The notes: a model not told the origin generated them from the letters alone. Positions 11,023 to 20,035 are shown, numbered from the stretch's first letter. The stretch is 64,000 nucleotides of DNA from Gammaproteobacteria bacterium (GCA_036986275.1 BTRG01000003.1:3820-67819); one strand, 5' to 3'. Made by a program: numbers and translations.

Positions 11023-12111
11023 ATGTCGAAACTTGATTCAACTATTGTCGCCACGAAATACTGGCACCGGCTTGATGACGGCCGCCTGCAGTGCGACCTG
11101 TGTCCACGATACTGCAAATTAAAAGAGGGCCAACAGGGCCTTTGTTTTGTTCGTGCTAACCACAATAATCAAATCGTGCTAACAACTTATGGGCGCTCCA
11201 GTGGCTTCTGCATAGACCCGATAGAAAAGAAACCCCTGCACCATTTTCTTCCAGGTACCAGTGTACTGTCTTTTGGAACCGCAGGATGCAACCTGGCCTG
11301 CAAGTTTTGCCAGAACTGGGACATTAGCAAATCACGGGAAATGGATACCCTGGCCGACAGCGCCAGCCCGGAGGTAATTGCGCGCGCGGCACAGCAACTC
11401 GGCGCCCGCAGTGTGGCCTTCACTTATAACGATCCTGTGATATTTCATGAGTATGCGATTGATGTCGCACAGGCCTGCCACAAAGTCGATATCAAAACCG
11501 TCGCTGTCACGGCCGGCTATGTCTGCGCGGAACCACGGGAAGAATTTTATCGGTACATGGATGCGGCCAATATTGACCTAAAGGGATTTAATGAGGACTT
11601 TTACTTCAAACTGACCGGCGCGCATCTGGCGCCGGTACTGGAGACCCTGGAGCATGTAAAGCATCACACCGGCACCTGGCTGGAGATCACGACACTTCTG
11701 ATCCCCGGAAAAAACGACAGTAATGAAGAACTGGAAACAATGAGTACATGGATCAAGGAACACCTGGGGCCGGATGTTCCCCTGCACTTCAGTGCCTTCC
11801 ATCCGGACTGGCGTATGCGGGATATTCCGGCGACCCCCGCGGAGACACTGACCCGGGCTCGTGAGATTGCCATACAAATGGGCCTGCGTTACGTCTATAC
11901 CGGAAACGTGCATGACAAAATGGGTGGCAGCACTTATTGCCATCATTGTGGTGCTTTGTTGATCGAGCGCGACTGGTATCAACTCGGACAATGGCAACTG
12001 GAAGATGGAAAATGCCTGCAATGCGGTACAGATTGCGCGGGCGTATTTGAACCGGCGCCCGGGGAATGGGGGGCACGGCGTTTACCTGTTCATCTGGCCC
12101 ACTTTCAATAA
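11023..12111 (+). CDS. amrS: AmmeMemoRadiSam system radical SAM enzyme
   Basis: CNLACKFCQNW (CxxxCxxC) cluster, preceded by the N-terminal Cys motif QCDLCPRYCKL. The track start is 10921; MSKLDS.. at 11023 matches the usual N-terminus. The start is uncertain because no clear RBS is present. Confidence 0.85.
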   Translation: MSKLDSTIVATKYWHRLDDGRLQCDLCPRYCKLKEGQQGLCFVRANHNNQIVLTTYGRSSGFCIDPIEKKPLHHFLPGTSVLSFGTAGCNLACKFCQNWDISKSREMDTLADSASPEVIARAAQQLGARSVAFTYNDPVIFHEYAIDVAQACHKVDIKTVAVTAGYVCAEPREEFYRYMDAANIDLKGFNEDFYFKLTGAHLAPVLETLEHVKHHTGTWLEITTLLIPGKNDSNEELETMSTWIKEHLGPDVPLHFSAFHPDWRMRDIPATPAETLTRAREIAIQMGLRYVYTGNVHDKMGGSTYCHHCGALLIERDWYQLGQWQLEDGKCLQCGTDCAGVFEPAPGEWGARRLPVHLAHFQ

Positions 12112-12218
12112 CCCAAATACCTGCGGCAACCCAATATTCAACTGTTTTCCCTCTGGCGCGCACAGCAGTATAATAACCTGATACATTCAACTTCAGCTTA
12201 TATCTCAGGAAGTGATTC

Positions 12219-12689
12219 ATGGGTTCACCCAAGATTGGCAAGGTCATTGCCGATGCCAAGGTCATTGCCACCGGCAATCAAGCCTTCAAGCTCTCCGAAC
12301 TCCGAGGCCACAATGTAGTGTTGTATTTCTACCCTAAAGACAACACGCCTGGCTGCACAACTGAGGGCCAGGACTTTCAGGATAACGCACTAAAGTTCAA
12401 ACAGCGAAACACCATCATCCTTGGTGTATCACGGGACAGTCTGGCCTCACACGAAAAATTCAAGGCCAAACAAAACTTTCGCTTTGATCTCATCAGTGAC
12501 GAAGATGAAAAGCTCTGTAAGAAATTTGATGTCATCAAGGAGAAGACTCTGTATGGAAAAAAATATATGGGTATAGAGCGCAGCACATTCATCATCGACG
12601 AAAAAGGTGTTCTCCGTGCCGAGTTTCGTAAGGTCAAGGTTGGCGGCCACATCAAGGCCGTGCTGGAAGAAATCAGGAAACTTAAATGA
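12219..12689 (+). CDS. bcp: Thiol peroxidase Bcp (peroxiredoxin)
   Basis: 156 aa. YFYPKDNTPGCTTE peroxidatic-Cys motif. AGGAAG RBS. TATAAT box at 12169-12174 upstream. Confidence 0.9.
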   Translation: MGSPKIGKVIADAKVIATGNQAFKLSELRGHNVVLYFYPKDNTPGCTTEGQDFQDNALKFKQRNTIILGVSRDSLASHEKFKAKQNFRFDLISDEDEKLCKKFDVIKEKTLYGKKYMGIERSTFIIDEKGVLRAEFRKVKVGGHIKAVLEEIRKLK

Positions 12690-12692
12690 AGC

Positions 12693-14099
12693 ATGGTATT
12701 TCTTAAATCCGTGAAACCGCTTGAAAAGAAAATCTTCGTCATCGACACCAATGTGTTGATGCATGATCCCATGGCGATTTATCGTTTCGATGAGCACGAT
12801 ATCTATATTCCTATCGCGGTACTGGAAGAACTGGACAAGGCCAATAAAGGTCTATCAGAGGTTGCGCGCAATGTAAGGCAAGTGAGCCTCTACCTCGATG
12901 AACTGATAGCAAAAGCCAACAGTGACTTGTCACAAGGCCTGGCCTTGCCGGCGATAGGTGATCTTCCTGCCGGGCGCTTGTATTTTCATATGGAGGCTGT
13001 GCGCACCTCCATGCCCAACGGGATCAATCCTGATAATCCTGACAATATCCTGTTGGGCGTAACCCATGATCTGGACAAACAGCACCCAAACAACGAAGTC
13101 ATTCTGGTCAGCAAGGATATCAACTTGCGCATCAAGGCCCATGCACTGGGTATAAAAGCCGAAGATTATTCCAGCGACCAGGTTATTGATGATGCAGATC
13201 TGCTTTATGCCGGCAGCGTCGTGCTTGATGTTGAATTCTGGAATACGCATAGCAAGGACATGGATTCCTGGACCGAAGGAGGCCGTACTTATTACCGTCT
13301 TAGTGGCCCTGCCATGGAACAATGGGCGCCTAACCAGTTTCTCTTTTCTGATACCGGGTCACCCTTTAATGCGATCGTAAGAGAGATAAATGAAAAAGGT
13401 GCGATAGTCGAGCGCGTCCTTGACTACAGCCAGAAAAAAAATAATGTCTGGGGCATCACTGCGCGCAATACAGAACAGAGCTTTGCCTTGAATCTGCTTA
13501 TGGATCCAGATGTAGATTTTGTTTCACTGCTGGGACAAGCCGGTACCGGCAAGACCCTGCTGACACTGGCCGCCGCGCTAACGCAAACGTTGGACGATAA
13601 ACTTTATTCCGATATCATTGTTACACGCATGACCGTGCCCGTAGGAGAAGACATCGGCTTCCTCCCCGGTACCGAGGAAGAAAAAATGGAACCCTGGATG
13701 GGGGCGCTGGAAGACAATATTGAAGTGCTCCAGGGCCAAAGCAGTGAGGAAGGCGCCTGGGGCAAAGCGGCCACACAAAGTCTGTTGCGCAACCGTATAC
13801 ACGTCAAGTCGCTTAACTTTATGCGCGGTCGCACCTTCCAGAAGAAATTTCTTATTATTGATGAAGCACAGAACCTGAGTCCACACCAACTCAAGACACT
13901 GATTACGCGTGCCGGTCCCGGTAGCAAGGTGGTGTGCCTGGGGAATATTGCGCAGATAGATACACCCTATTTGACCGAAACGACATCGGGCCTGACTTAT
14001 GTCGTGGACCGTTTTCGGGGCTGGCAACACAGCGGCCACATCACCTTGCAGCGCGGTGAACGCTCGCGACTGGCCGACCAGGCCAATGCGGTACTCTAA
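12693..14099 (+). CDS. PIN-domain plus PhoH-like ATPase (YlaK family)
   Basis: 468 aa. N-terminal PIN (FVIDTNVLMHD..) and C-terminal PhoH P-loop GQAGTGKT with IIDEAQN Walker B. Starts 4 nt after the bcp stop. Confidence 0.85.
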   Translation: MVFLKSVKPLEKKIFVIDTNVLMHDPMAIYRFDEHDIYIPIAVLEELDKANKGLSEVARNVRQVSLYLDELIAKANSDLSQGLALPAIGDLPAGRLYFHMEAVRTSMPNGINPDNPDNILLGVTHDLDKQHPNNEVILVSKDINLRIKAHALGIKAEDYSSDQVIDDADLLYAGSVVLDVEFWNTHSKDMDSWTEGGRTYYRLSGPAMEQWAPNQFLFSDTGSPFNAIVREINEKGAIVERVLDYSQKKNNVWGITARNTEQSFALNLLMDPDVDFVSLLGQAGTGKTLLTLAAALTQTLDDKLYSDIIVTRMTVPVGEDIGFLPGTEEEKMEPWMGALEDNIEVLQGQSSEEGAWGKAATQSLLRNRIHVKSLNFMRGRTFQKKFLIIDEAQNLSPHQLKTLITRAGPGSKVVCLGNIAQIDTPYLTETTSGLTYVVDRFRGWQHSGHITLQRGERSRLADQANAVL

Positions 14100-14455
14100 T
14101 CCGAATCGGGCGTATTATATTTCTCATAATATCGCCCAAACAAACTCTCCAGATCATCTATGACACTGACGACATCCCGGCCTTGCAGGATATGCGAGGA
14201 CATCAACTCTGAGGATTCATTCAGCAACTTGGCAGTATCCAACATTGGGTATGTGGCTATCAGGCGCTGAATAGCCAGCACCACGGATTCCTGTTCGGGC
14301 CTGGGAAGGTCCAAAGGTTCCCGCGGGATCGCCGGCTCATCAACCTGCCCATACTTTTCAACAAGGAACTCCGCATAATCCAGTAACTGCGCGGCAACAT
14401 CCTCCGGCAAGGCATCGGCCAGTGTCTTCAGGCGATGCAACTGCTCTTGCTTCAT
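14096..14455 (-). CDS. Small acidic hypothetical protein
   Basis: 119 aa. N-terminus LPEDVAAQLLDYAEFLVEKYG resembles DUF2281-type helical peptides. Lies 18 nt downstream of the LysR gene. Its stop overlaps the PhoH stop (CTAA). Confidence 0.5.
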   Translation of the reverse strand: MKQEQLHRLKTLADALPEDVAAQLLDYAEFLVEKYGQVDEPAIPREPLDLPRPEQESVVLAIQRLIATYPMLDTAKLLNESSELMSSHILQGRDVVSVIDDLESLFGRYYEKYNTPDSD

Positions 14456-14473
14456 CAGGAATAACTGCAGGGG

Positions 14474-15385
14474 CTAACGGCTAGTGGAGGCGCGACGTTC
14501 GCAATGTTCTCGTGCAAAGTCCATGAACTCTTCCATGGCGCGCAGACGAAACTTCTGTCGCTGATAAACGATGGAGAATGGACGTTCCAGCAGAGGATCC
14601 AACGGTATGGCCACCAGCGTACCCAGCTTCAGTTCCTTGTGTACCGTTGCACGCGAAACCACGGAAATGCCCAGACCCGCTTCGACAACACTCTTGACAG
14701 CTTCCGGACTGCCGACTTCCAGGCTTATTTGCATATCCTGAATGGATACGCCATTTTGCTCCAGGTGCGCACGGATAAATTCCAGCGTACCGGAACCTTC
14801 CTCACGACAGACAAAAGGCTGACTAACAATATCACTGACAGGCACCGAGGAATACTTGGCGTAAGGATGATCGGGTGGACATATAAACACCAGTTTGTCG
14901 TGCCAACACACTTCTACCGCAAGGTTCTTGTTAGCGATGGGGGATTCGACAATGCCAACGTCCACCGAATTGTTCTCCACCATATGCACTACACCCAGGG
15001 AATTGGAGACATTCAGGCGGATATTTACACTGGGATAACGTTCCTTGAATTCACCCAACAGGCCTGGCAATACATACTCGGCAATCGTGGTGCTGGCGCC
15101 AATAATCAGGATACCACTGATATCTCCAGTCAGTTCGCGTACCCGTACGTCCATCTCGTTATATAAGGAAACAATACGCTCGGCATAGTCAAACACGCGT
15201 TCACCCGCTACCGTAAGACTGATGCGATTATGGGTGCGGTCAAACAGACGTGTATTGAAATACTCTTCAAGCTGGCGAATCTGAAATGTCACCGCCGGCT
15301 GCGTCATGTGCAAGGTCTCGGCGGCCTTGGTAAAACTGAGCAAACGTGCAACGGTATGAAAAACCTGTAGTCGACGATCAGCCAT
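14474..15385 (-). CDS. LysR-family transcriptional regulator
   Basis: 303 aa. N-terminal wHTH (FTKAAETLHMTQPAVTFQIRQLE) plus a C-terminal substrate-binding fold. Confidence 0.9.
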   Translation of the reverse strand: MADRRLQVFHTVARLLSFTKAAETLHMTQPAVTFQIRQLEEYFNTRLFDRTHNRISLTVAGERVFDYAERIVSLYNEMDVRVRELTGDISGILIIGASTTIAEYVLPGLLGEFKERYPSVNIRLNVSNSLGVVHMVENNSVDVGIVESPIANKNLAVEVCWHDKLVFICPPDHPYAKYSSVPVSDIVSQPFVCREEGSGTLEFIRAHLEQNGVSIQDMQISLEVGSPEAVKSVVEAGLGISVVSRATVHKELKLGTLVAIPLDPLLERPFSIVYQRQKFRLRAMEEFMDFAREHCERRASTSR

Positions 15386-15473
15386 TTTTTTCTCTAGTAC
15401 CCCTGACGAATAATGCCACGTATGCTAACCCACACTACCACCCAGTGTATCAAGCCTGGGCAACATCAGGGGA

Positions 15474-15491
15474 AATTTAATTAATTAAATT
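15474..15491. promoter_or_regulatory. 18-bp perfect all-AT palindrome AATTTAATTAATTAAATT upstream of the LysR gene
   Basis: Read directly from the sequence. About 90 bp upstream of the LTTR start and 11 bp downstream of the pilT-like stop. Contains T-N11-A type dyads. Confidence 0.3.
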
Positions 15492-15501
15492 AAGTCAGGA
15501 C

Positions 15502-16620
15502 CTAGAACCCTTCCAGTTTCAGCTTCAGGTCTGTTGGACTGCTGGCATATTGAAGTGCAGTGTCTTCGTCAACAACCCTTCTCTTCACCAGGTCAAAGAG
15601 AGAGGCATCAAAACTCAACATACCTTCGGCCTTGCTGCCTTTCTTGATCAGATCCGACAACTCCTTAATCTTTAATGGATCAAGAATATACTCACGCGCC
15701 AGTTGGGAGATGGTCATGATTTCACAGGCCACGGCCCGGCCACCATCTATTTTCGGCACCAGCCTTTGTGACACCACACCACGCAGGTTTTGCGCCAACT
15801 TTGCGCGCATACTCACCTGCGCTTCCGGGGGAAAGGCCGTGATAATTCGTGACACCGTCTCCGCTGCACCGGGCGAATGCACTGTCGACAGAACCATGTG
15901 ACCGGTTTCAGCTGCTGTCAAGGCAGTCTCTATGGTTTCCGGATCACGCATTTCGCCCAGGAGAATGATATCCGGGTCTTCACGCATGGCGGCGCGCATG
16001 GCATCGGCAAAACTGTTGGCATCTATACCGATTTCGCGCTGGGTAATAATAGAACGTCTCTCGGTAAACAGAAATTCTATCGGGTCTTCGATGGTAATAA
16101 TATGACGCGCCTTGGCCTCGTTGATCATATTAATAAGTGAAGCCATGGTTGTGGACTTACCGCTACCGGTAGCACCCGTCATCAATATTAGCCCGCGCTC
16201 ATGGGACATCAGGGTAGGCACGATATCGGGTAATCCAAGACCCTGCGGGTTAGGGATTTCACTGTTAATTACACGCAGCACCATGCCGATACTGCCGCGC
16301 TGAAAAAAGATGTTGGCACGAACACGGCCAATGTCCTTAAAGCCTATGGATAAATCCACCTGATGATTGTGCTCGAACTCTTCCAGGTTCTTGGCAGTCA
16401 TCATGGTATTGGAGAGTTTATCCATAAAGTCCGGTGGGAACGGCTTGATATCACGCACCGGACGCAAAACACCATCCACACGCAAGATGGGATGATTGCG
16501 CGTACGCAAGTGTATATCCGATGCCTTGTATCGAACCGCTAACGCCAGAATCTGGCCAAGGATCTTTAAGGGATCGGCACCAGCAGGGTCAATCGCACCG
16601 GGTTTGACGTCTTCTGCCAT
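15502..16620 (-). CDS. pilT: PilT/PilU-family type IV pilus retraction ATPase
   Basis: 372 aa. Walker A GATGSGKSTT, Asp box, Walker B ILLGEMRD, and C-terminal GMLSFD motif. No other pil genes are adjacent. Confidence 0.85.
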   Translation of the reverse strand: MAEDVKPGAIDPAGADPLKILGQILALAVRYKASDIHLRTRNHPILRVDGVLRPVRDIKPFPPDFMDKLSNTMMTAKNLEEFEHNHQVDLSIGFKDIGRVRANIFFQRGSIGMVLRVINSEIPNPQGLGLPDIVPTLMSHERGLILMTGATGSGKSTTMASLINMINEAKARHIITIEDPIEFLFTERRSIITQREIGIDANSFADAMRAAMREDPDIILLGEMRDPETIETALTAAETGHMVLSTVHSPGAAETVSRIITAFPPEAQVSMRAKLAQNLRGVVSQRLVPKIDGGRAVACEIMTISQLAREYILDPLKIKELSDLIKKGSKAEGMLSFDASLFDLVKRRVVDEDTALQYASSPTDLKLKLEGF

Positions 16621-16743
16621 AGTGTCTGCTCTTAATGGATTGTTATGGATTTCCTGTAATTGAAGCAGCTAATCGGCGAGTGTTCAATGTGACGCAGAGC
16701 ACCGATCAGCATCCATTCTGACCGGCGTTACATTGGGTAGCAA

Positions 16744-17685
16744 CTAGAAATCTTCTATTGAGAAACCTTTTTCAGGTTTGTAGCCGGCTACGGCTTCCAG
16801 GGCAGTCTTAATACCTCCCGGCGAGCTCATGATTTTAGTAAAACCATGCTCTCCCATCATGGCCGTATCCGGGAAATGTACGGCGATACGAAAGCGTCCT
16901 GCCAAGGCGATCACGTCTTTACCCTGAACCATTAATTCGTATGGCAGATAGGGTGTGGACCGTGGGAGTTTGTAATCAATGATATCCATGATCTCTTTAT
17001 CCGTATCCTTGCTGCCCTTATTCACGCCATCCCCCTTGGGAATGGCCACACCAAAAACGCTCACCGACTTACCTGGCAAATCCACGCGATACACTTGTTG
17101 GGTACCGCCCTTGCCGGCAGCAAGGTTGGCCATAACGGTGGCCAGCGCCTTCTCGTGTGATGCAAATTTATTCAGCAGGCTAATGTCATTAAAGTACGGC
17201 ATAAACATGGCGTAGTGATAGTTGCCCGGCGCCAGTTGTTCGGGCGTCAACCCTTCGGCGCCAAAGGCCCCTTCGGCACCCAATGCCTTTTGCAGCTTCT
17301 CCGACACGACTGCAAGGGAGCCCAGACCATAGGCCGTCCCCATATACGTCGGATTGAGGTAAGCCACTTGCCAGACACCATTTTCCTCCGTCACCGAGGC
17401 CCTTACCACAACACCGAATCCACCGTTCTTGGCTTTAGATGCCGCGGCCAGTAAATCATCCGATGTGACGCCAATCACAGTGGCCGCAACATAGGGTTTG
17501 TATGTCCCCACCACCTTAAAGCCTTGGGCCACGAGCGCCAGTTTGACCTGAGCGACCACCTGGGCTTCACCACCCTCGAATGAATTACCCTTAATAAACG
17601 GCTTCAACACGCCGGCATAACTGATTGTACCGACGCCCAGGAACAGCACCAGTAAAATACCCAATAATGTAATAATTTTTTTCAT
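16744..17685 (-). CDS. Exported or membrane-anchored protein of unknown function (possibly DUF302-like N-terminal half)
   Basis: N-terminal signal/anchor KKIITLLGILLVLFLGVGTISYA. No catalytic motif recognised. ATG at 17685 with GAGGAGGAA RBS (the track GTG is at 17691). Lies downstream of the FadL-like gene. Confidence 0.6.
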   Translation of the reverse strand: MKKIITLLGILLVLFLGVGTISYAGVLKPFIKGNSFEGGEAQVVAQVKLALVAQGFKVVGTYKPYVAATVIGVTSDDLLAAASKAKNGGFGVVVRASVTEENGVWQVAYLNPTYMGTAYGLGSLAVVSEKLQKALGAEGAFGAEGLTPEQLAPGNYHYAMFMPYFNDISLLNKFASHEKALATVMANLAAGKGGTQQVYRVDLPGKSVSVFGVAIPKGDGVNKGSKDTDKEIMDIIDYKLPRSTPYLPYELMVQGKDVIALAGRFRIAVHFPDTAMMGEHGFTKIMSSPGGIKTALEAVAGYKPEKGFSIEDF

Positions 17686-17707
17686 GATCACTTCCTCCTC
17701 AAGTAAA

Positions 17708-17732
17708 GAAGGGCTGGTTCAACCAGCCCTTC
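17708..17732 (-). promoter_or_regulatory. Intercistronic perfect palindrome / RNA hairpin between the FadL-like gene and its partner
   Basis: GAAGGGCTGGTT-C-AACCAGCCCTTC, with 12-nt perfectly complementary arms. On the transcribed strand it is followed by TTTACTT and then the RBS. Likely a partial terminator or mRNA-stability element. Confidence 0.5.
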
Positions 17733-17763
17733 AGTCTTAAGCTATATCAATTATTATTCGCCC

Positions 17764-19287
17764 TTAGAATACATAACTATACATCAGCTGACTGTTGGTC
17801 TGGCTGTGGGTGACTTCTACGCCTTTGCCGGTGGGTGTGCTCTGACCGTAATCAGTAGTCTGTGATACAGGCGGTGCATATGCCAGTGAGAAATTAATAT
17901 TTGATACATCGCTCATGACATAACCGACGCCAAGCGTTACATGGTTTTTAATAATCGCTGGAAACAATGGATTCATGTATTCATCCGGTACCGGATTGTT
18001 AGCCAGATTGAGACCTGCACGCAACGTCAGAGGATCAGAGACCTTATAGGCGGCGCCGATCAGCAAGACGTTTTGATCTTCCCAGTCCTGATTCAAGTTC
18101 ATATCCATGGCAGCACCACCGAAGGCCGCGGCACCTGGGTCTGCCTGAACGGCGTCCGCAACAAAGGACATATTGAAATCCTGCATCACCTTGGACCACA
18201 TGATACGTTTGTAGTCAGCCGCAATCATTAGCTTATCAGAAACATCATAAGCCGCACCAAAGGCGATAATCTCAGGCCACTGGAAATCTTTAATCTTGAC
18301 TTCGCCACTTACCGCTACCTTTTGTGTAAACGCCGGGTTGATCGTGCCGTTCGGGGCGCCACCTACACCAGCGTCATTGCCATTTATGCTAAAACTAACT
18401 TCAGCGTCACTGGCCTTCATGTCCCCCAGGCTGGTCTTGCTATGATAACTGCCGCCCAGCTTCAATTTACCAATTTTGTAAGTGCCACCGATTTTGCCGC
18501 CGAAACCGGTCGAGCCCGCGGAACCCGTAAAATCACTGTCATCGGAAAAATCAAACCTGGCCCAATTGACGGGTCCGTCTGGATCCAGCATTCCACCGGA
18601 GATCATCCCAGCAAACCCCTGCACCATGGTGCCCGAGGCACTACCAAATTTCTGGGTACCGCCGAGTGCGGCGACCATGTCACCGAATTGAGCGCCACCG
18701 ACATCCATCTGCAGATCCATGCCGGCCCAGACAAAATCCACTGAGCCGCCTACGGTAAAATTTTCATTGACGGTATAGGCCAGGGGCACAAGAAAGCGGC
18801 CCACGCCTACCTCTGAACGCACCGTCTCACCTGAAGCAAAGGGTGCACCACCGGTCATAAAGGCGCCATTGTCATACTCAGTGCCCATACCGCCTTGGGA
18901 ATAAACACCGAACCCATACGAAACCTTGCCGCTACGCTTGACATAACCTAAAGCCGGCATGATAAAGAGACTTGAAGACGAGCTTTCATCGGTGGCGCCA
19001 AAGGCCGCTGCACCTGCCGGCGCATCTGACGCGATGTCGGGCCCCAGCGTGCCTATGGCTACATCCAGTCGACTCTCGCCTTCATGCATCAAGCCCAATG
19101 TCGCCGGATTGTTCATCATGGCAGCCGAACCATTATCCCAGGCCATGGATGCACCGCCCATGCCTGTTGCCTCGGGACCATAGCCCTCGAGATTCATACC
19201 GTTTGTAGCCAGCACGCTGACAGGTGCAGCACCCAATGCTACCAGCGCGGCGACGGTTATTGTTTTCTTGGTTATAATATTAAGCAT
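17764..19287 (-). CDS. FadL/TodX/OmpP1-family outer-membrane hydrophobic-compound channel
   Basis: 507 aa. Signal peptide ..VSVLA-TNG. N-terminal hatch region with the conserved NPA motif (MNNPATLGL). Gly/aromatic-rich beta-strand pattern and C-terminal aromatic beta-signal ..LMYSYVF. GGAGGA RBS. Confidence 0.8.
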   Translation of the reverse strand: MLNIITKKTITVAALVALGAAPVSVLATNGMNLEGYGPEATGMGGASMAWDNGSAAMMNNPATLGLMHEGESRLDVAIGTLGPDIASDAPAGAAAFGATDESSSSSLFIMPALGYVKRSGKVSYGFGVYSQGGMGTEYDNGAFMTGGAPFASGETVRSEVGVGRFLVPLAYTVNENFTVGGSVDFVWAGMDLQMDVGGAQFGDMVAALGGTQKFGSASGTMVQGFAGMISGGMLDPDGPVNWARFDFSDDSDFTGSAGSTGFGGKIGGTYKIGKLKLGGSYHSKTSLGDMKASDAEVSFSINGNDAGVGGAPNGTINPAFTQKVAVSGEVKIKDFQWPEIIAFGAAYDVSDKLMIAADYKRIMWSKVMQDFNMSFVADAVQADPGAAAFGGAAMDMNLNQDWEDQNVLLIGAAYKVSDPLTLRAGLNLANNPVPDEYMNPLFPAIIKNHVTLGVGYVMSDVSNINFSLAYAPPVSQTTDYGQSTPTGKGVEVTHSQTNSQLMYSYVF

Positions 19288-19500
19288 TGTTCCTCCTCAG
19301 CCATCACACGTTATTTTCGTGATTACGACGCATTGCAGTTTTGCTTCCATCACCCCTGCAAGACTATTTCTAAAAGTTATGGCAAGCCCGCCATGACGAT
19401 ACAAGCGGGGAAAATATTCCCCTCTCTGTAGTAGAATGTCAATATTTAATTTAATACTGATATAAGAAATTTGAATCCACAAATAGACAGTCCGCGGCAT

Positions 19501-19530
19501 AAAAAAAGGGGTGTGCAAGGCACGCCCCTT
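19501..19530 (-). terminator. Rho-independent terminator of tusA-dsrE2
   Basis: On the minus strand: GGGGCGTGC-CTT-GCACACCCC (one C.A mismatch) followed by T7. Lies 25 nt after the dsrE2 stop. Confidence 0.7.
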
Positions 19531-19555
19531 TCCGAATTATCCCTGCCTGACCCGA

Positions 19556-20035
19556 TCAAATATACAATTGAATATCCGTATCGCCGGCAAATCCCAGGAA
19601 GGTTGAGGCGCCTCCAAAGTCCACACCACCAATGAAATCAGTCTCTTTAAAATCAAACAGGTCGACCGTCATCTGACAGCCTATCATCTTGACCCCGGCT
19701 TCCAGGCACAGATCGCGCAGCTCACCGACACTGGCCACACCCTTTGACTTCATCGTTTGCTTCATCATCATAGTCATAATACTTTCCATGCCCGGGATAG
19801 CTGTCCCTAGCACAGGGAACCATTTGTCCATACCCATAGGCATGGGCATACCCGGATTCCCCAAGGGACTTACCTTCAGCTTCAGCTTCTTCTTCAATAA
19901 TTGCAGGCCATAGAAAGTGAAAAAGATTTCCACTTCATAGCCCAATGCCGCGGCAGTAGAGGCCAATATGAAAGGGGGATAGGCCCAATCCAGCGTGCCC
20001 TTGGTGGCAATGATTGCCATTTTCTTGTTAGCCAT
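19556..20035 (-). CDS. dsrE2: DsrE2-like DsrE/DsrF-family sulfur-relay protein
   Basis: MANKKMAIIATKG.. start at 20035 with GGAGAGGAGAA RBS (the track ORF extends to 20104). Conserved Cys in MIGCQMT. Paired with tusA, as in sulfur oxidisers. Confidence 0.75.
   Translation of the reverse strand: MANKKMAIIATKGTLDWAYPPFILASTAAALGYEVEIFFTFYGLQLLKKKLKLKVSPLGNPGMPMPMGMDKWFPVLGTAIPGMESIMTMMMKQTMKSKGVASVGELRDLCLEAGVKMIGCQMTVDLFDFKETDFIGGVDFGGASTFLGFAGDTDIQLYI

Noticed and set aside
10890-11165. N-terminal extensions of track ORFs. Examples: MEMO-like to 11165, pal to 42235, yeeE to 39255, yebC to 48652, fmdB to 54154, soxY from 22820, soxB from 24929, dsrE2 to 20104, thpR to 30347.
   Set aside because: The extensions overlap neighbouring genes or lack an RBS. 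Internal starts reproduce the expected family N-termini (signal peptides, lipoboxes, Tat motifs) and have Shine-Dalgarno sequences.
13434-13441. A8 homopolymer inside the PIN-PhoH coding region as a possible phase-variation tract
   Set aside because: It encodes KKN in frame within a conserved housekeeping-type gene. The tract is short and single, with no sign of frameshifted copies.
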